From positions 10,701-74,700 of the forward strand of contig PLMA01000026.1 in the NCBI GenBank assembly GCA_003141455.1: a stretch of 64,000 nt of DNA, in the 5' to 3' direction. Shown piece after piece: positions 38,028 through 47,423 of the stretch. Position numbers and translations under genes: made by a program. Source of the stretch: Chloroflexota bacterium (GTDB taxonomy: Bacteria; Chloroflexota; Limnocylindria; Limnocylindrales; CSP1-4). Every line of letters begins with the position of its first letter. Within the stretch, counting starts at the first letter, position 1. The notes beneath the pieces are model-generated. The model did not search any database, was not told the DNA's origin, and worked only from the letters and a program-made list of their open reading frames with translations.

Positions 38028-39287
38028 GTGGAGACCTCGCGGCCGAACCCGAACCCGAACGCGTGGCCTCCGTTCTCGATTGCCCGGCTGCCCGCGATCC
38101 GGTTCGGGGCCGGACGATCCGCCGAGCTGGCGGAGATCGTGCGCGGCTTTGGCTCCCGGGCGCTGGTCGTCACACGCGGGCCGGGCTTTACGGATGGCCC
38201 GGCCTGGGCTCACCTGGGAGCGGGTTTGCGGCAGGCCGGCGTCGAGGTTGAGACGGTGGGCGTCTCGGGCGAGCCGTCGCCCTCGTTCGTCGACGAGATC
38301 GTGGCGAGGGTTCGGGCCGGAGCGCCGGTCGACGTCGTCATCGGGATAGGCGGCGGCAGCGTCCTGGACACCGCCAAGGCCGTGGCCGGCCTGCTCATCC
38401 CGGGCAATTCCGTCACGGATCATCTCGAGGGGATCGGGCCGGAGCTGCCCTACCGGGGGCCGGCCGTGCCGTTCGTGGCCGTCCCGACGACCGCGGGCAC
38501 CGGCAGCGAGGCGACCAAGAACGCCGTGCTCAGCGTTCGCGGCCCGGGCGGTTTCAAGAAGTCGTTTCGCGACGACGCCCTGGTGGCACGAGTGGCGATC
38601 GTCGATCCGGACCTGCTGGCCGAGTGTCCGCCGCAGCTGATCGCGGCCAACGGCATGGATGCCCTCACGCAGCTGCTGGAGTCGTACGTCTCGGCGCGGG
38701 CCAACCCGTTCACCGATGCCCTGGCCCTGTCCGGCCTGGCGGCGACACGCGACGGTCTGCTGAGCTGGTTTGGGGAGGCCACGGCAGGGCGAGGAGGGAC
38801 GGGGCGCGGGTCGCCGGCGGCCATGGCGCGGGAACGCATGGCCTACGCGGCCCTGTGCTCGGGAATCTGCCTTGCCCAGGCTGGCCTCGGCGCCGTCCAC
38901 GGCCTGGCGTCGCCGCTCGGTGCGCTCTTCCCGGTTCCGCATGGAGTGGCCTGCGGAGCGACGCTTGCGGCCGCGACGAGAGTCAACGTGGCGGCGCTGG
39001 AAGAGCGCGCCCCGGAGAGCGTGGCGCTGCCGAAGTACGCGGCGGCGGCGCGGGTCCTGTCGGATGCGAGCGCGTCCCTCAGCAACGACCGCGCGGCGCG
39101 ATCGGCGTTGGTACGGTTGCTCGAAGACTGGCGTGTCCGCCTCGCCGTCCCGCGGCTCTCCGCCTACGGTGTCGCCGAGACGGGCATCCCGGCGATCGTC
39201 GCCGACAGCCGCGGCAGCAGCATGCGAACCAACCCGATCGTGCTGACCGACACTGAGATCGCGGCGATCCTGAGGGCTTCGCTCTAG
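38028..39287 (+). CDS. Iron-containing alcohol dehydrogenase family oxidoreductase
   Basis: GGGSVLDTAKAVAG and a His-rich metal site region; 419 aa. Confidence 0.85.
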   Translation: METSRPNPNPNAWPPFSIARLPAIRFGAGRSAELAEIVRGFGSRALVVTRGPGFTDGPAWAHLGAGLRQAGVEVETVGVSGEPSPSFVDEIVARVRAGAPVDVVIGIGGGSVLDTAKAVAGLLIPGNSVTDHLEGIGPELPYRGPAVPFVAVPTTAGTGSEATKNAVLSVRGPGGFKKSFRDDALVARVAIVDPDLLAECPPQLIAANGMDALTQLLESYVSARANPFTDALALSGLAATRDGLLSWFGEATAGRGGTGRGSPAAMARERMAYAALCSGICLAQAGLGAVHGLASPLGALFPVPHGVACGATLAAATRVNVAALEERAPESVALPKYAAAARVLSDASASLSNDRAARSALVRLLEDWRVRLAVPRLSAYGVAETGIPAIVADSRGSSMRTNPIVLTDTEIAAILRASL

Positions 39288-39424
39288 CGCATGTAGGGCG
39301 CCGCCCTGCCCGGCGGGCACGGCCAGGCACGGTGGGCAGGGGCCCGCCCGGGCGCCCGGCGGACAGGCTGGCACGCAGCCTTCCGGCGCTGTAACCTCGT
39401 CTCGTCATCACGAATAGGGCCGCT

Positions 39425-39722
39425 CGTATCAGGGAAGCCGGTGCGAAACCGGCGCTGTCGCGCAACTGTGAGCGAGGAGCGGCTGGCCAGGAGTCATTGG
39501 CGGGAGCCAGTGCCTTTGGCGATTGAGCGAGAGTTCGATCGCATGCCACGGGGCGTGAGCCCGGGAAGGCGGCCAGCAGCGCAGCCAATGGCAAAGTCAT
39601 TGGTCACGATTCGCAAGCCAGGAGACCCGACCGAACGGCGCAAGTCACCCACCTGCGCGGATCGGATGGGAGGCCTCCGGCGGCGAGGTCCCCTCCGGCA
39701 GGCGGGCAAGGCCGCCGGAGGA
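39425..39722 (+). ncRNA. Cobalamin (AdoCbl) riboswitch with SD-sequestering expression platform
   Basis: GGGAAGCCGGTGCGAAACCGGCGCTGTCGCGCAACTGTGA core, downstream GGGAAGGC, and B12 box GCCAGGAGACC at 39616-39627. A terminal hairpin CCTCCGGCGGC/GCCGCCGGAGG encloses the GGAGG RBS of the 39726 ATG. Confidence 0.7.
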
Positions 39723-39725
39723 ACG

Positions 39726-41147
39726 ATGCGAAGACCGGTCGTCGCCAGCGCGATACTGGCGACCCTCCTCAGCTTGCCGCTCGCACTGGCGGCGCCAGCG
39801 TCTGCGATCCCACCCACCGATTCGCAACGGGCAACTGCCGCGCTGCAGTACATGCTGGCGGCACAGCGGGCCGACGGCTCGATCGACGGGTCGCTCGGCG
39901 AAACCGCGGACTTCGTGATCGGGACGGCTGCCGCGGGCTACGATCCGGCCACTCTCCACGGCTGCACGGGCGGAACCGGCGCGCTGGAGTACCTGGCCAC
40001 AGCCTCCGACGGCGCGGCGGCCGACGCGGCCAAGACCGGCAAAGCCGTGCTGGCGGTCGTTGCGGCCGGCGGAGATGCATCGAGCTTCGCGGGCCGGAAC
40101 CTGCTCGCTCGACTGGCCTCGCTGCACCAGGCCTCCGGCGCGTACGGCGACGGCTCCACCTTCAGCCAATCGTTCGCGATCCTCGCGCTGGTCGCCTCCG
40201 GGCAGGCTGTGCCGGCGCCGGCCATCGACGACCTGAAGTCGCTCCAGGGTCTGGCGGACGGGAGCTGGAGCTTCGGCACCTCCGCGCCGGCCGCCGGAGA
40301 CGGCGACACCAACTCGACCGCGATCGCGCTGATGGCTCTGGATGCGGCCGGGAATCACTCGGCCGACTCGACCGGGCTTGCCTACATTCACTCAGCGCAA
40401 CTCGCCGACGGCGGGTTCCCCTACCAGAACTCATCGACCTTTGGGCCTCCGGCGAGCGATCCGGATTCGGATTCGATCGTTCTGCAGGCACTTGTCGCGG
40501 CCGGCGAGAACCCTGAGGCAGCGGCCTGGTCCAAGGGATCGAACACGGTCCTAACGCATCTTCGAGCTGGGCAGGGCGCCGACGGCGGGTATGCGTACCC
40601 GGGAATGGCAGAGAACGCATTTACCACGAGCCAGGTGCCGGCGGCGCTGATGCGCGTCCAGTACGCAGCGGCGGTCCACCCAACCACGGGTCACGCCCTC
40701 CCGACCGATGCCTGCCCGAGCCCAAGCCCGACCCCGACCCCGACTCCGACTCCGACGGCCAGCCCGAGCCCTGTCCCGACGCCGACGCCCACCATCCAGC
40801 CGACAGCTCGTCCGACTGTCCGACCGACTGTTCGACCGACTCCGAGGCCGACCGCGAAGCCAACGCCGGTCCCGACGGCCGATCCTACGCCGGTCCCGAC
40901 AGCCAGCTCGGAGACGGCGAGCCCAACCGAGACCTCCGTCCCATTGACCTCAATCGCCGCCGAGGAGACACCGACTTTCGAGGTGGCCGGAGCGACCGCG
41001 GCCGACGGTCCGCCCCCTCAGGTCAACGACGCCACTTCTTCCGGAGGACTCCCCACTCCGGTCCTGTACGGCATGGCGGCGCTCGTCGCCTTCCTGGCCG
41101 TGGCGGGTGGAGGGTGGGTCCTGTCGACGCGGGCGGGGAGACGATGA
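39726..41147 (+). CDS. Cell-surface alpha/alpha-toroid (prenyltransferase/squalene-cyclase-like repeat) protein with PT-rich stalk and C-terminal TM anchor; putative corrinoid-binding protein
   Basis: Signal peptide. Repeated QxxDGS/DGGW-type prenyltransferase-like repeats (ADGSIDGS, ADGSWSFG, ADGGFPYQ, ADGGYAYP). (PTPT)n linker. LPTPV plus hydrophobic segment plus RAGRR tail. Confidence 0.75.
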   Translation: MRRPVVASAILATLLSLPLALAAPASAIPPTDSQRATAALQYMLAAQRADGSIDGSLGETADFVIGTAAAGYDPATLHGCTGGTGALEYLATASDGAAADAAKTGKAVLAVVAAGGDASSFAGRNLLARLASLHQASGAYGDGSTFSQSFAILALVASGQAVPAPAIDDLKSLQGLADGSWSFGTSAPAAGDGDTNSTAIALMALDAAGNHSADSTGLAYIHSAQLADGGFPYQNSSTFGPPASDPDSDSIVLQALVAAGENPEAAAWSKGSNTVLTHLRAGQGADGGYAYPGMAENAFTTSQVPAALMRVQYAAAVHPTTGHALPTDACPSPSPTPTPTPTPTASPSPVPTPTPTIQPTARPTVRPTVRPTPRPTAKPTPVPTADPTPVPTASSETASPTETSVPLTSIAAEETPTFEVAGATAADGPPPQVNDATSSGGLPTPVLYGMAALVAFLAVAGGGWVLSTRAGRR

Positions 41148-41992
41148 TGCGACGCCTCGCGGTCGCCTTGGTCGTTGCCGTGTCCGTGGCGGCGCTCGCT
41201 TCACTCGCGCCCGGATCGCCCGTTCCCTCGGCCTGTGCAGCGGCCGGGTCGCACCACGCGGCCCTGGTCGTGGAGCATGGCGACGGCTCGGTGGTGAGCA
41301 GGTGCGTTGCCTTCGACGCGAGCCAGGTCACCGGGGAGGAACTGTTGAACGCCTCTGGCATCGCCTGGTCCGGCCAGACGTTCGGTGGCTTCGGCGACGC
41401 TGTTTGTTCTATGGACGGAGAGCCGGCCCGGTACTCGAGCTGCCCCGGCAAAGACGGCTACTGGGCCGTCTTCGTGGTCCGAGGCGGGGGCGCGTGGCAA
41501 CTCTCGAATGTGGGCATCTCGACCCTCACTCTGGCCGACAGCGATGCTGAAGGCTTCCGATACGTACCTTCGTCCGGGAACCCGGTGGCGCCGCCTTTGC
41601 CGGTAGGGATATGCGCGCCGGCATTGCCCGGGCCCGCGATCACGCCGACGCTCGCGGCCACGCCCAGGCCCGTGACCACGCCCACTCCCACGGCCGCCGC
41701 GGCGCCAACAGCCCGTCCAACTGCCGCCGCCTCAGACGTCGCCGCGCCCGGCTCGGTCGCTTCCACGTCGCCGGCTGCCACCGATTCGGCCGTCGCGGCC
41801 ATCGCCGGTGTGACGGCATCGTTCGCTCCCGCCGCGTCTGCCGGAATCGCCGCTCGTCCGGATGCACCGGCTCCGGCACCCGGTCCGGCGCCGGGCCCAG
41901 ACCTCGGACTGCTGGCGGCCGCTCTAGCCGGCGGAGGGCTTGGCGGCCTGGCGCTGCTACGGCTGATTGCCCTGCGGCGTCCGGTCCGGTGA
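41144..41992 (+). CDS. Secreted DUF4430-like protein (putative transcobalamin-beta-domain-like corrinoid binder) with Pro/Ala/Thr-rich tail and C-terminal TM anchor
   Basis: Signal peptide, conserved ~130-aa domain (ALVVEHGDGSVVSRCVAF...GYWAVFV), PT-rich linker, C-terminal hydrophobic anchor plus RRPVR. ATG overlaps the upstream stop. Confidence 0.55.
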   Translation: MMRRLAVALVVAVSVAALASLAPGSPVPSACAAAGSHHAALVVEHGDGSVVSRCVAFDASQVTGEELLNASGIAWSGQTFGGFGDAVCSMDGEPARYSSCPGKDGYWAVFVVRGGGAWQLSNVGISTLTLADSDAEGFRYVPSSGNPVAPPLPVGICAPALPGPAITPTLAATPRPVTTPTPTAAAAPTARPTAAASDVAAPGSVASTSPAATDSAVAAIAGVTASFAPAASAGIAARPDAPAPAPGPAPGPDLGLLAAALAGGGLGGLALLRLIALRRPVR

Positions 41993-42906
41993 CCTCCGAG
42001 TCGACCCGGCCGGTGCCGCTGCCGCGGCCGCTTGTCTGGCATAGCGACCTGGCGCCGCGGTCCTGGCTGCTGTGGTCTCTGGCGGCGGTGACCGCGGCCC
42101 TGGCCAGCGACAACCCGGTATACCGCGGCCTGGTTGCCCTGGCTGCGCTCAACGTCCTCTTGAGGTGGCTGCCACCCGGCCGGAACCTCCGTCCCCTGGC
42201 TGTGGCAGTGGTCCTGGCCGCGGCCTTCGCCGGGCTGGTCAACGTCATCGCCAGCCACACCGGAGCGGACGTCCTTCTGCGGCTGCCGGCGGACTGGCCG
42301 CTCGTCGGCGGCCCGTTGACCGTGGAGTCGCTGGCGTTCGGCGGTGCGCTTGGGCTCGGACTCGTTGCGGCGCTGCTGGCCGTGGCGCCGCTATCTCTGA
42401 TCCTGGAACCGCACGACGTCGTCGACGCGATGCCCGCACCGCTCGAGCGTACCGGGATTGCCGTTGCGACCTCTCTCAATCTCGTCTCGGGTTTCGGCCG
42501 AACCTTCACCGCCGTGCGAGACGCTCAGCGAATGCGGGGTTGGCGGCCACGCGGCATCCGCTCCTGGAACGAGGTACTGGTGCCGGTGATGCTGACTGCT
42601 ATCGAGGATTCGGTCCTGCTCGCCGAGGCGATGGAGGCCCGCGGCTTCGGTGCCGGTCGGCGGACCAGCTACGCCCGACAGACCATCGGTCGCTGGGATT
42701 GGATCGTCGTCGCCGGGGCGCTCGGGGCCGCCGGGCTGTTCCTCGCCGCCCGGCTCGCCGGCACGCCGGTCGACTGGCAACCCTACCCGACTCTCGCCCT
42801 GCCACCGATCCACCCCGTGCTCGTCGCAGGCTGCGTGGCCCTGACTCTACCGGCGTTCGCTCGGCCCGTGCCGGCTCGATCGGAACCCGCGAGAGGCCGG
42901 CCGTGA
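41989..42906 (+). CDS. ecfT: ECF transporter transmembrane (T) component EcfT/CbiQ-like
   Basis: Multi-TM protein with conserved ARG-type coupling helix motifs (LEAMEARGFG). GTG start overlaps the upstream stop. Confidence 0.8.
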   Translation: MTSESTRPVPLPRPLVWHSDLAPRSWLLWSLAAVTAALASDNPVYRGLVALAALNVLLRWLPPGRNLRPLAVAVVLAAAFAGLVNVIASHTGADVLLRLPADWPLVGGPLTVESLAFGGALGLGLVAALLAVAPLSLILEPHDVVDAMPAPLERTGIAVATSLNLVSGFGRTFTAVRDAQRMRGWRPRGIRSWNEVLVPVMLTAIEDSVLLAEAMEARGFGAGRRTSYARQTIGRWDWIVVAGALGAAGLFLAARLAGTPVDWQPYPTLALPPIHPVLVAGCVALTLPAFARPVPARSEPARGRP

Positions 42907-44273
42907 CGAGTCCAGTCGCTCAACTCGACGGCGTCTCGTACCGCTACCCGGGCGCGACTGCGCCGTCTCTGCGCGAGGTCGACCTGGCGATCGAGCCGGG
43001 CTTGACCCTCGTAGCCGGCAGCTCGGGTGGGGGCAAGTCGACGCTGCTCCGGCTCTTCGACGGCCTCGTGCCGCAGTTCCACGGAGGTCAAATCTCGGGA
43101 CGTGCCGTTGTCGCGGGCCTGGATCCGCTGCGGACGCCGATCCCGCGCCTGGCGACCCGGGTCGGCTTGGTCTTCCAGGACGTCGAGACGCAATCGGTCT
43201 ATGGATCGGTGGAGCGCGAGGTCGCCTTCGGCCTGGAGAACCTGGGCGTTCCGCGGGAGGAGATGCACCTCCGCCTGGACGAGGCGCTGGCCGCGCTCGG
43301 CATCGAGGACCTGCGCGAGCGGCGGCTCTCGACCCTCTCCGGCGGGGAGCGGCAGCTGGTCCAGCTGGCCGCGGTCCTGGCGCTGCGGCCGCAGCTCGTG
43401 GCACTCGACGAGCCCACGTCCCAGCTCGATCCGGAGGGAGCGGCCGCCGTCCTTGCCGCGTGCTCGAAAGCGGCCGATGGCGGGCGGGCCGTCGTCGTGG
43501 CCGAGCATAGGCTCGACACGCTGCTCCCCAGGGCCGATCGGCTGCTGCGCGTCGAAGGCGGGCGCGTCACGACGGGCGATCTGAGTGAGGCGGGCCGAGC
43601 GGCGGCAGCGGGCCCGCCACGACGCCGCCCACGGCCGGGGAACGCGGCCGATGCCGCCTGGGAGCTGCGCGACGTGGCGGCCGGACCGGCGAGGGACGCG
43701 ATCCTAGAGGGCGTCTCCCTGGCGAGTGGCCCCGGCGAGGTCGTGGCCCTGGTCGGCCCAAACGGCTCCGGCAAGACGACGCTGCTCCGAACGCTGGCCG
43801 GGCTGCTCCCGGCGCTGGCGGGCACGGTGCGGCGGCCGCCCGGCCGGACGGCTTACCTGCCGCAGAACCCCGGCGCGTTGCTGCACCTGCCGACGCTCCG
43901 GGCCGAGGTTGCGCTCACGATCAGGCGGACCGGGAGCGGCGAATCGCCCGACGAGATGCTCGGCGCGTTCGGGCTGCTGGGCCTGGCGGACCGGTACCCG
44001 CGCGACCTGAGCTCCGGCGAGCGCCAGCGTGCGGCCCTGGCTGCGACCCTGGCCGGGTCCCCGACGCTCGTTCTCCTGGACGAGCCGACCCGGGGGATGG
44101 ACCTGGCCGCGCGGCAGTCGCTCAGGGCCGCGGTCCGCGGCCTCGCGGCTCGAGGCTCGGCCGTGGTCGTCGCCACTCACGACACCGAGCTGGTCGCGGA
44201 CCTGGCGGACAGGACGATCGAGGTGCGGAGCGGCCGGGCCGTCGAGCTGCCGGCCCTGGGAGCGATCGCATGA
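42903..44273 (+). CDS. ecfA: Fused tandem ABC ATPase (EcfA-EcfA') of the ECF transporter
   Basis: Two sets of Walker A (GSSGGGKST; GPNGSGKTT), signature (LSGGERQ; LSSGERQ) and Walker B (LVALDEP; LVLLDEP). The longer ORF from 42072 is a read-through artefact. Confidence 0.85.
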   Translation: MTSPVAQLDGVSYRYPGATAPSLREVDLAIEPGLTLVAGSSGGGKSTLLRLFDGLVPQFHGGQISGRAVVAGLDPLRTPIPRLATRVGLVFQDVETQSVYGSVEREVAFGLENLGVPREEMHLRLDEALAALGIEDLRERRLSTLSGGERQLVQLAAVLALRPQLVALDEPTSQLDPEGAAAVLAACSKAADGGRAVVVAEHRLDTLLPRADRLLRVEGGRVTTGDLSEAGRAAAAGPPRRRPRPGNAADAAWELRDVAAGPARDAILEGVSLASGPGEVVALVGPNGSGKTTLLRTLAGLLPALAGTVRRPPGRTAYLPQNPGALLHLPTLRAEVALTIRRTGSGESPDEMLGAFGLLGLADRYPRDLSSGERQRAALAATLAGSPTLVLLDEPTRGMDLAARQSLRAAVRGLAARGSAVVVATHDTELVADLADRTIEVRSGRAVELPALGAIA

Positions 44274-45040
44274 TCGCCGTCGTCTCGGGCGCGGGCCTCC
44301 TCCTCTTCCTGTGGCCGTTCCTCGGTGGAGACCTGCCGCCGGAGGGTCCCGCGCTGGCGGTGACTCTCGGGGCCGTTGCCGCCCTCGCGTTGATGGAGAC
44401 GGGGGCTCGTCGCCTGGACTCCGGCCGACTGGCTCTGCTGGCCGCGCTGGCCGCGATCGACGCCGCGCTGCGCCTGGCGGTCGTCAACGGCGTCGCCGGC
44501 TTCAGCCCGATCTTCTTCCTCGTGATGGCCGCGGGTTACGAGTTCGGCCCCTCGTACGGGTTCCTGGTGGGCTCGTTCTCGCTGCTCGTCTCGGCACTCG
44601 TCACGGGAGGCGTCGGTCCGTGGCTGCCGTACGAGACGTTCGCCGTCGGCTGGGTCGGAGTCTCGGCCGGTCTGGCCGGCTCGTTCGTGCAGCGCATTCG
44701 ACCCGTCCGCGAATCCTGGCTGCCGCGGAGAGTCGACATCTCCGCCCTCCTGGTCGTTGCTGTGGCGACAGGCTTCGCCTACGGCGCCCTGACCGACATC
44801 TGGGGCTGGGTTGCCTTCTATCGCGGGGTCGAGAACGTCGGCTGGATTCCCGGCATGTCGCCCGGCGCGTCGCTGGCCCAGTTCGGCCGCTACTACCTCC
44901 TCACCTCGCTGACCTGGGATGCCTTCCGCGCCGTCGGAGACGCCGTCGCGATCCTCGCCCTCGGCACCCCGGTGCTCATGGCCCTCGGCCGGCTTCGCGC
45001 CCGTCTCGGCTACGAGATCGTGGTCTCGGCCGAAGCCTGA
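44270..45040 (+). CDS. ECF transporter substrate-specific (S) component, putative corrinoid-specific
   Basis: ~6-TM small membrane protein immediately after EcfAA' with ATGA overlap. Riboswitch context suggests B12 specificity. Confidence 0.65.
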   Translation: MIAVVSGAGLLLFLWPFLGGDLPPEGPALAVTLGAVAALALMETGARRLDSGRLALLAALAAIDAALRLAVVNGVAGFSPIFFLVMAAGYEFGPSYGFLVGSFSLLVSALVTGGVGPWLPYETFAVGWVGVSAGLAGSFVQRIRPVRESWLPRRVDISALLVVAVATGFAYGALTDIWGWVAFYRGVENVGWIPGMSPGASLAQFGRYYLLTSLTWDAFRAVGDAVAILALGTPVLMALGRLRARLGYEIVVSAEA

Positions 45041-46326
45041 CCGGGCCGCAGCCGGCGGACGAAGAGGCACCACAGGGCTACGAGCCCGTACAGCGAGCTC
45101 GACCAGGCGAGCGTCACGATCGGCGCCAGCGGACCGGCGGCGGGTGGCTCGATCCCCCACACGGCCGCCCAGACGAGCGCCGAGCCGAACCAGGCGCCGA
45201 GCAGTCCGAGGTCGGTTCGACCCAGGACGCGGAGCCGGAGGTCCGGGGCATCGACCGCCAGCAGCAGCCCGACCGCGACGAGCGCGATCGACCCATTCCA
45301 GAAGCTCTCCTTGGGCGCCCCGACTATCCCGGCCACGAGCGCCAGACCCAGGCCGAGCGCGAGGCCTCGCCGGGAGAGCATCTGGCCGCGAGCCCGCCAC
45401 AGGACCAGCAGCGTCAGCAGGCCGAATGCCGCGGTGGCGACGAGCATCACCGGTCTCGGATCGAAGCCGCCGCTCCAGGGCGCGACCGATTTGTCGGAGG
45501 ACACGACCAGTCGGCTGACGAAGCCGTTGATCGATTGGTTCGTGTAGAAGGCATCGGGGTCGAGGAGTGAAGCCAGTCCTCCGCTGCCCGCGGCGGCCCA
45601 CGGCGCGACGACGACGGCAGCGGCCAGCGAACCGAGCATCCCAACTACGATCCCCAGCGCGGCCCCGATCCGCCGACCCAGCCCAAGCGGCGCCACGTAC
45701 ACGCCGGGTACGAGCTTCACGATGGCCGCCAGGCCGACCAGGAGACCGCCAAGAAACCGCCGCGCGGACGTTGAGCCGTCCAGGACGAGGACCGTTCCGA
45801 TCCCCAGCAGCGGGAAGAGGACCAGGTTCGCCTGGCCCATCGCGACCGTCCCGTAGATCGGCGCGTACAGACCGGCGGCGAGCGCGGCCACGAGGCGTCG
45901 CCGACCCCCGACCGGGGCCCTGCCGTGCGCCCATACGAGCCACGCGGCCACCGTCAGGCCGAAGAGCACGAGCGAGATGGCGCCGAAGGCCGCGACCGCG
46001 ACGGCGAAGGGCAGCAGCGCGAATGGGACCATCGCCACGGCGAAGGGCAACGGATAGGAGTAGCCGCCCCCAACGAGGAAGCTGAGCCCCTCGCGCCGCG
46101 CTGTTTCGGCGAGTGCCGCCGAGTCGTACGGGGATTGGCCCTGCAGGATGAGCTTGCCGGCCAGCCAGTAGTCGTGGAAGTCGTTTGCGCCCAGGCCGAG
46201 GACCAGAGCCCAGAACGCCCAGCCGAGGAGCGGTATCGCGACCGCCGCGATCGCCAGAGCCGCGATCTCCCGAGGGCGGATCTCGTCGCGCGCGGACACA
46301 TCGCCCAGCTCGTCGAAGTCCGCCAT
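45010..46326 (-). CDS. Integral membrane glycosyltransferase, GT87/DUF2029 family (paralog of 1596..2699)
   Basis: ANDFHDYWLAGKLILQGQSPYD motif and ~12 TM helices; ATG at 46326. Confidence 0.65.
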   Translation of the reverse strand: MADFDELGDVSARDEIRPREIAALAIAAVAIPLLGWAFWALVLGLGANDFHDYWLAGKLILQGQSPYDSAALAETARREGLSFLVGGGYSYPLPFAVAMVPFALLPFAVAVAAFGAISLVLFGLTVAAWLVWAHGRAPVGGRRRLVAALAAGLYAPIYGTVAMGQANLVLFPLLGIGTVLVLDGSTSARRFLGGLLVGLAAIVKLVPGVYVAPLGLGRRIGAALGIVVGMLGSLAAAVVVAPWAAAGSGGLASLLDPDAFYTNQSINGFVSRLVVSSDKSVAPWSGGFDPRPVMLVATAAFGLLTLLVLWRARGQMLSRRGLALGLGLALVAGIVGAPKESFWNGSIALVAVGLLLAVDAPDLRLRVLGRTDLGLLGAWFGSALVWAAVWGIEPPAAGPLAPIVTLAWSSSLYGLVALWCLFVRRLRPGQASAETTIS

Positions 46327-46550
46327 GGGAATCCTCTCTCTCGCGTCTGCGCTCATCCTGCCATCATCGAGCCGGTGCGTCCGGGCCGGAACGAAGGAGC
46401 GTCGGCGACAGCCCAGCGAAAGCCGGGTGCCCCCTGCGGAGGCCGCGACCGTGAAACGTCAGGGCGCACGCCGGGCTGGCGGCGGCTGGTCGACGGAACC
46501 GGGCATGCCTCGGCGCTCGCCAGATCGGCGGCAGCGGGCGACGCCAGGGG

Positions 46551-47423
46551 CTAGCTGGTGGCCCTCACGTCCCTGGGCCCGGTCGAGGACTCGCGGACCA
46601 CGAGCTCGGCGGCGAGGATCAGGTGATCGGGCGCTCTCCCGGGCTCCTGCATCTCGCGCATCAGCATGCTGATCGCCTCGTGGCCCATCTGTTCGATCGG
46701 CTGGCGGATCGTGGAGAGCGGAGGGCGTGTAGACAGAGCGGTCGGTGAGTCGTCGAAGCCGACCACCGCGATATCCTCGGGGATGCGTTTCCCCGCCTGG
46801 TGGAGAACGCCGATTGCCGCGGCGGCCATCAGGTCGGAGGCGACGAAGACGGCGTCGACCTCGGGATGGTTCAGTAGCAGCCGCTCCATCGCCATGTGTG
46901 CACGATTGGGCAGGAAGTTGGCGACTTCCTCCAGCGTCGGGTCGAGCGCAATGTGGGCAGCCACCAGGGCGTCTCGATAGCCCATCAGCCGGTCGACGGC
47001 GGTGGTCATGTCGAGGTTGCCGGAGATCGTCGCGATATGGCGGCGGCCCAGCGAGATCAAGTGCTCCACCGCCAGCCGCGCGCCCTGGCGGTTGTCGATG
47101 TCGATGTAGCTGGCGACGATTCCCCTGGCCGGCGTACCCCACAGGACGGTCGGGATCCCGGCATCGCGGAGCCTATTGGGCAGCTGGTTGTCGTTGTGGA
47201 TGCTGATCAGTACGACCCCATCGAAGTGCCCTCCGAGCAGGTACGCCTCGGTCAGCCCCAGGTCCTTTGCCAGGTGAGGCGCAAGCATCAGCGGGAGCAG
47301 AGATCGCTCGCCGAGAGCGTCATAGATGCCCGCGAAGAGGACCGAGAAGAACGGGTCGCCGAAGATCCTGGTCGGCGGTTCGGTGATGACGACCGCGACC
47401 GTCTTGCTCCGTGGCGAGTTCAT
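46551..47423 (-). CDS. LacI/PBP-type-I ligand-binding domain protein; the frame stays open to 47903 but no HTH motif is visible
   Basis: Periplasmic-binding-protein-like sugar-binding core (KTVAVVITEP...LLGGHFDGVVL...ASDLMAAAAIGVLHQAGKRIPEDIAVVGFDDS). Confidence 0.5.
   Translation of the reverse strand: MNSPRSKTVAVVITEPPTRIFGDPFFSVLFAGIYDALGERSLLPLMLAPHLAKDLGLTEAYLLGGHFDGVVLISIHNDNQLPNRLRDAGIPTVLWGTPARGIVASYIDIDNRQGARLAVEHLISLGRRHIATISGNLDMTTAVDRLMGYRDALVAAHIALDPTLEEVANFLPNRAHMAMERLLLNHPEVDAVFVASDLMAAAAIGVLHQAGKRIPEDIAVVGFDDSPTALSTRPPLSTIRQPIEQMGHEAISMLMREMQEPGRAPDHLILAAELVVRESSTGPRDVRATS

Noticed and set aside
39441-39725. 5' part of ORF 39441..41147
   Set aside because: Covers the cobalamin riboswitch. 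Real translation starts at the ATG at 39726 after the GGAGG RBS.
42072-42902. N-terminal part of the 733-aa + ORF
   Set aside because: Overlaps EcfT in another frame with Arg/Gly-rich nonsense. ABC ATPase homology starts at the GTG at 42903.
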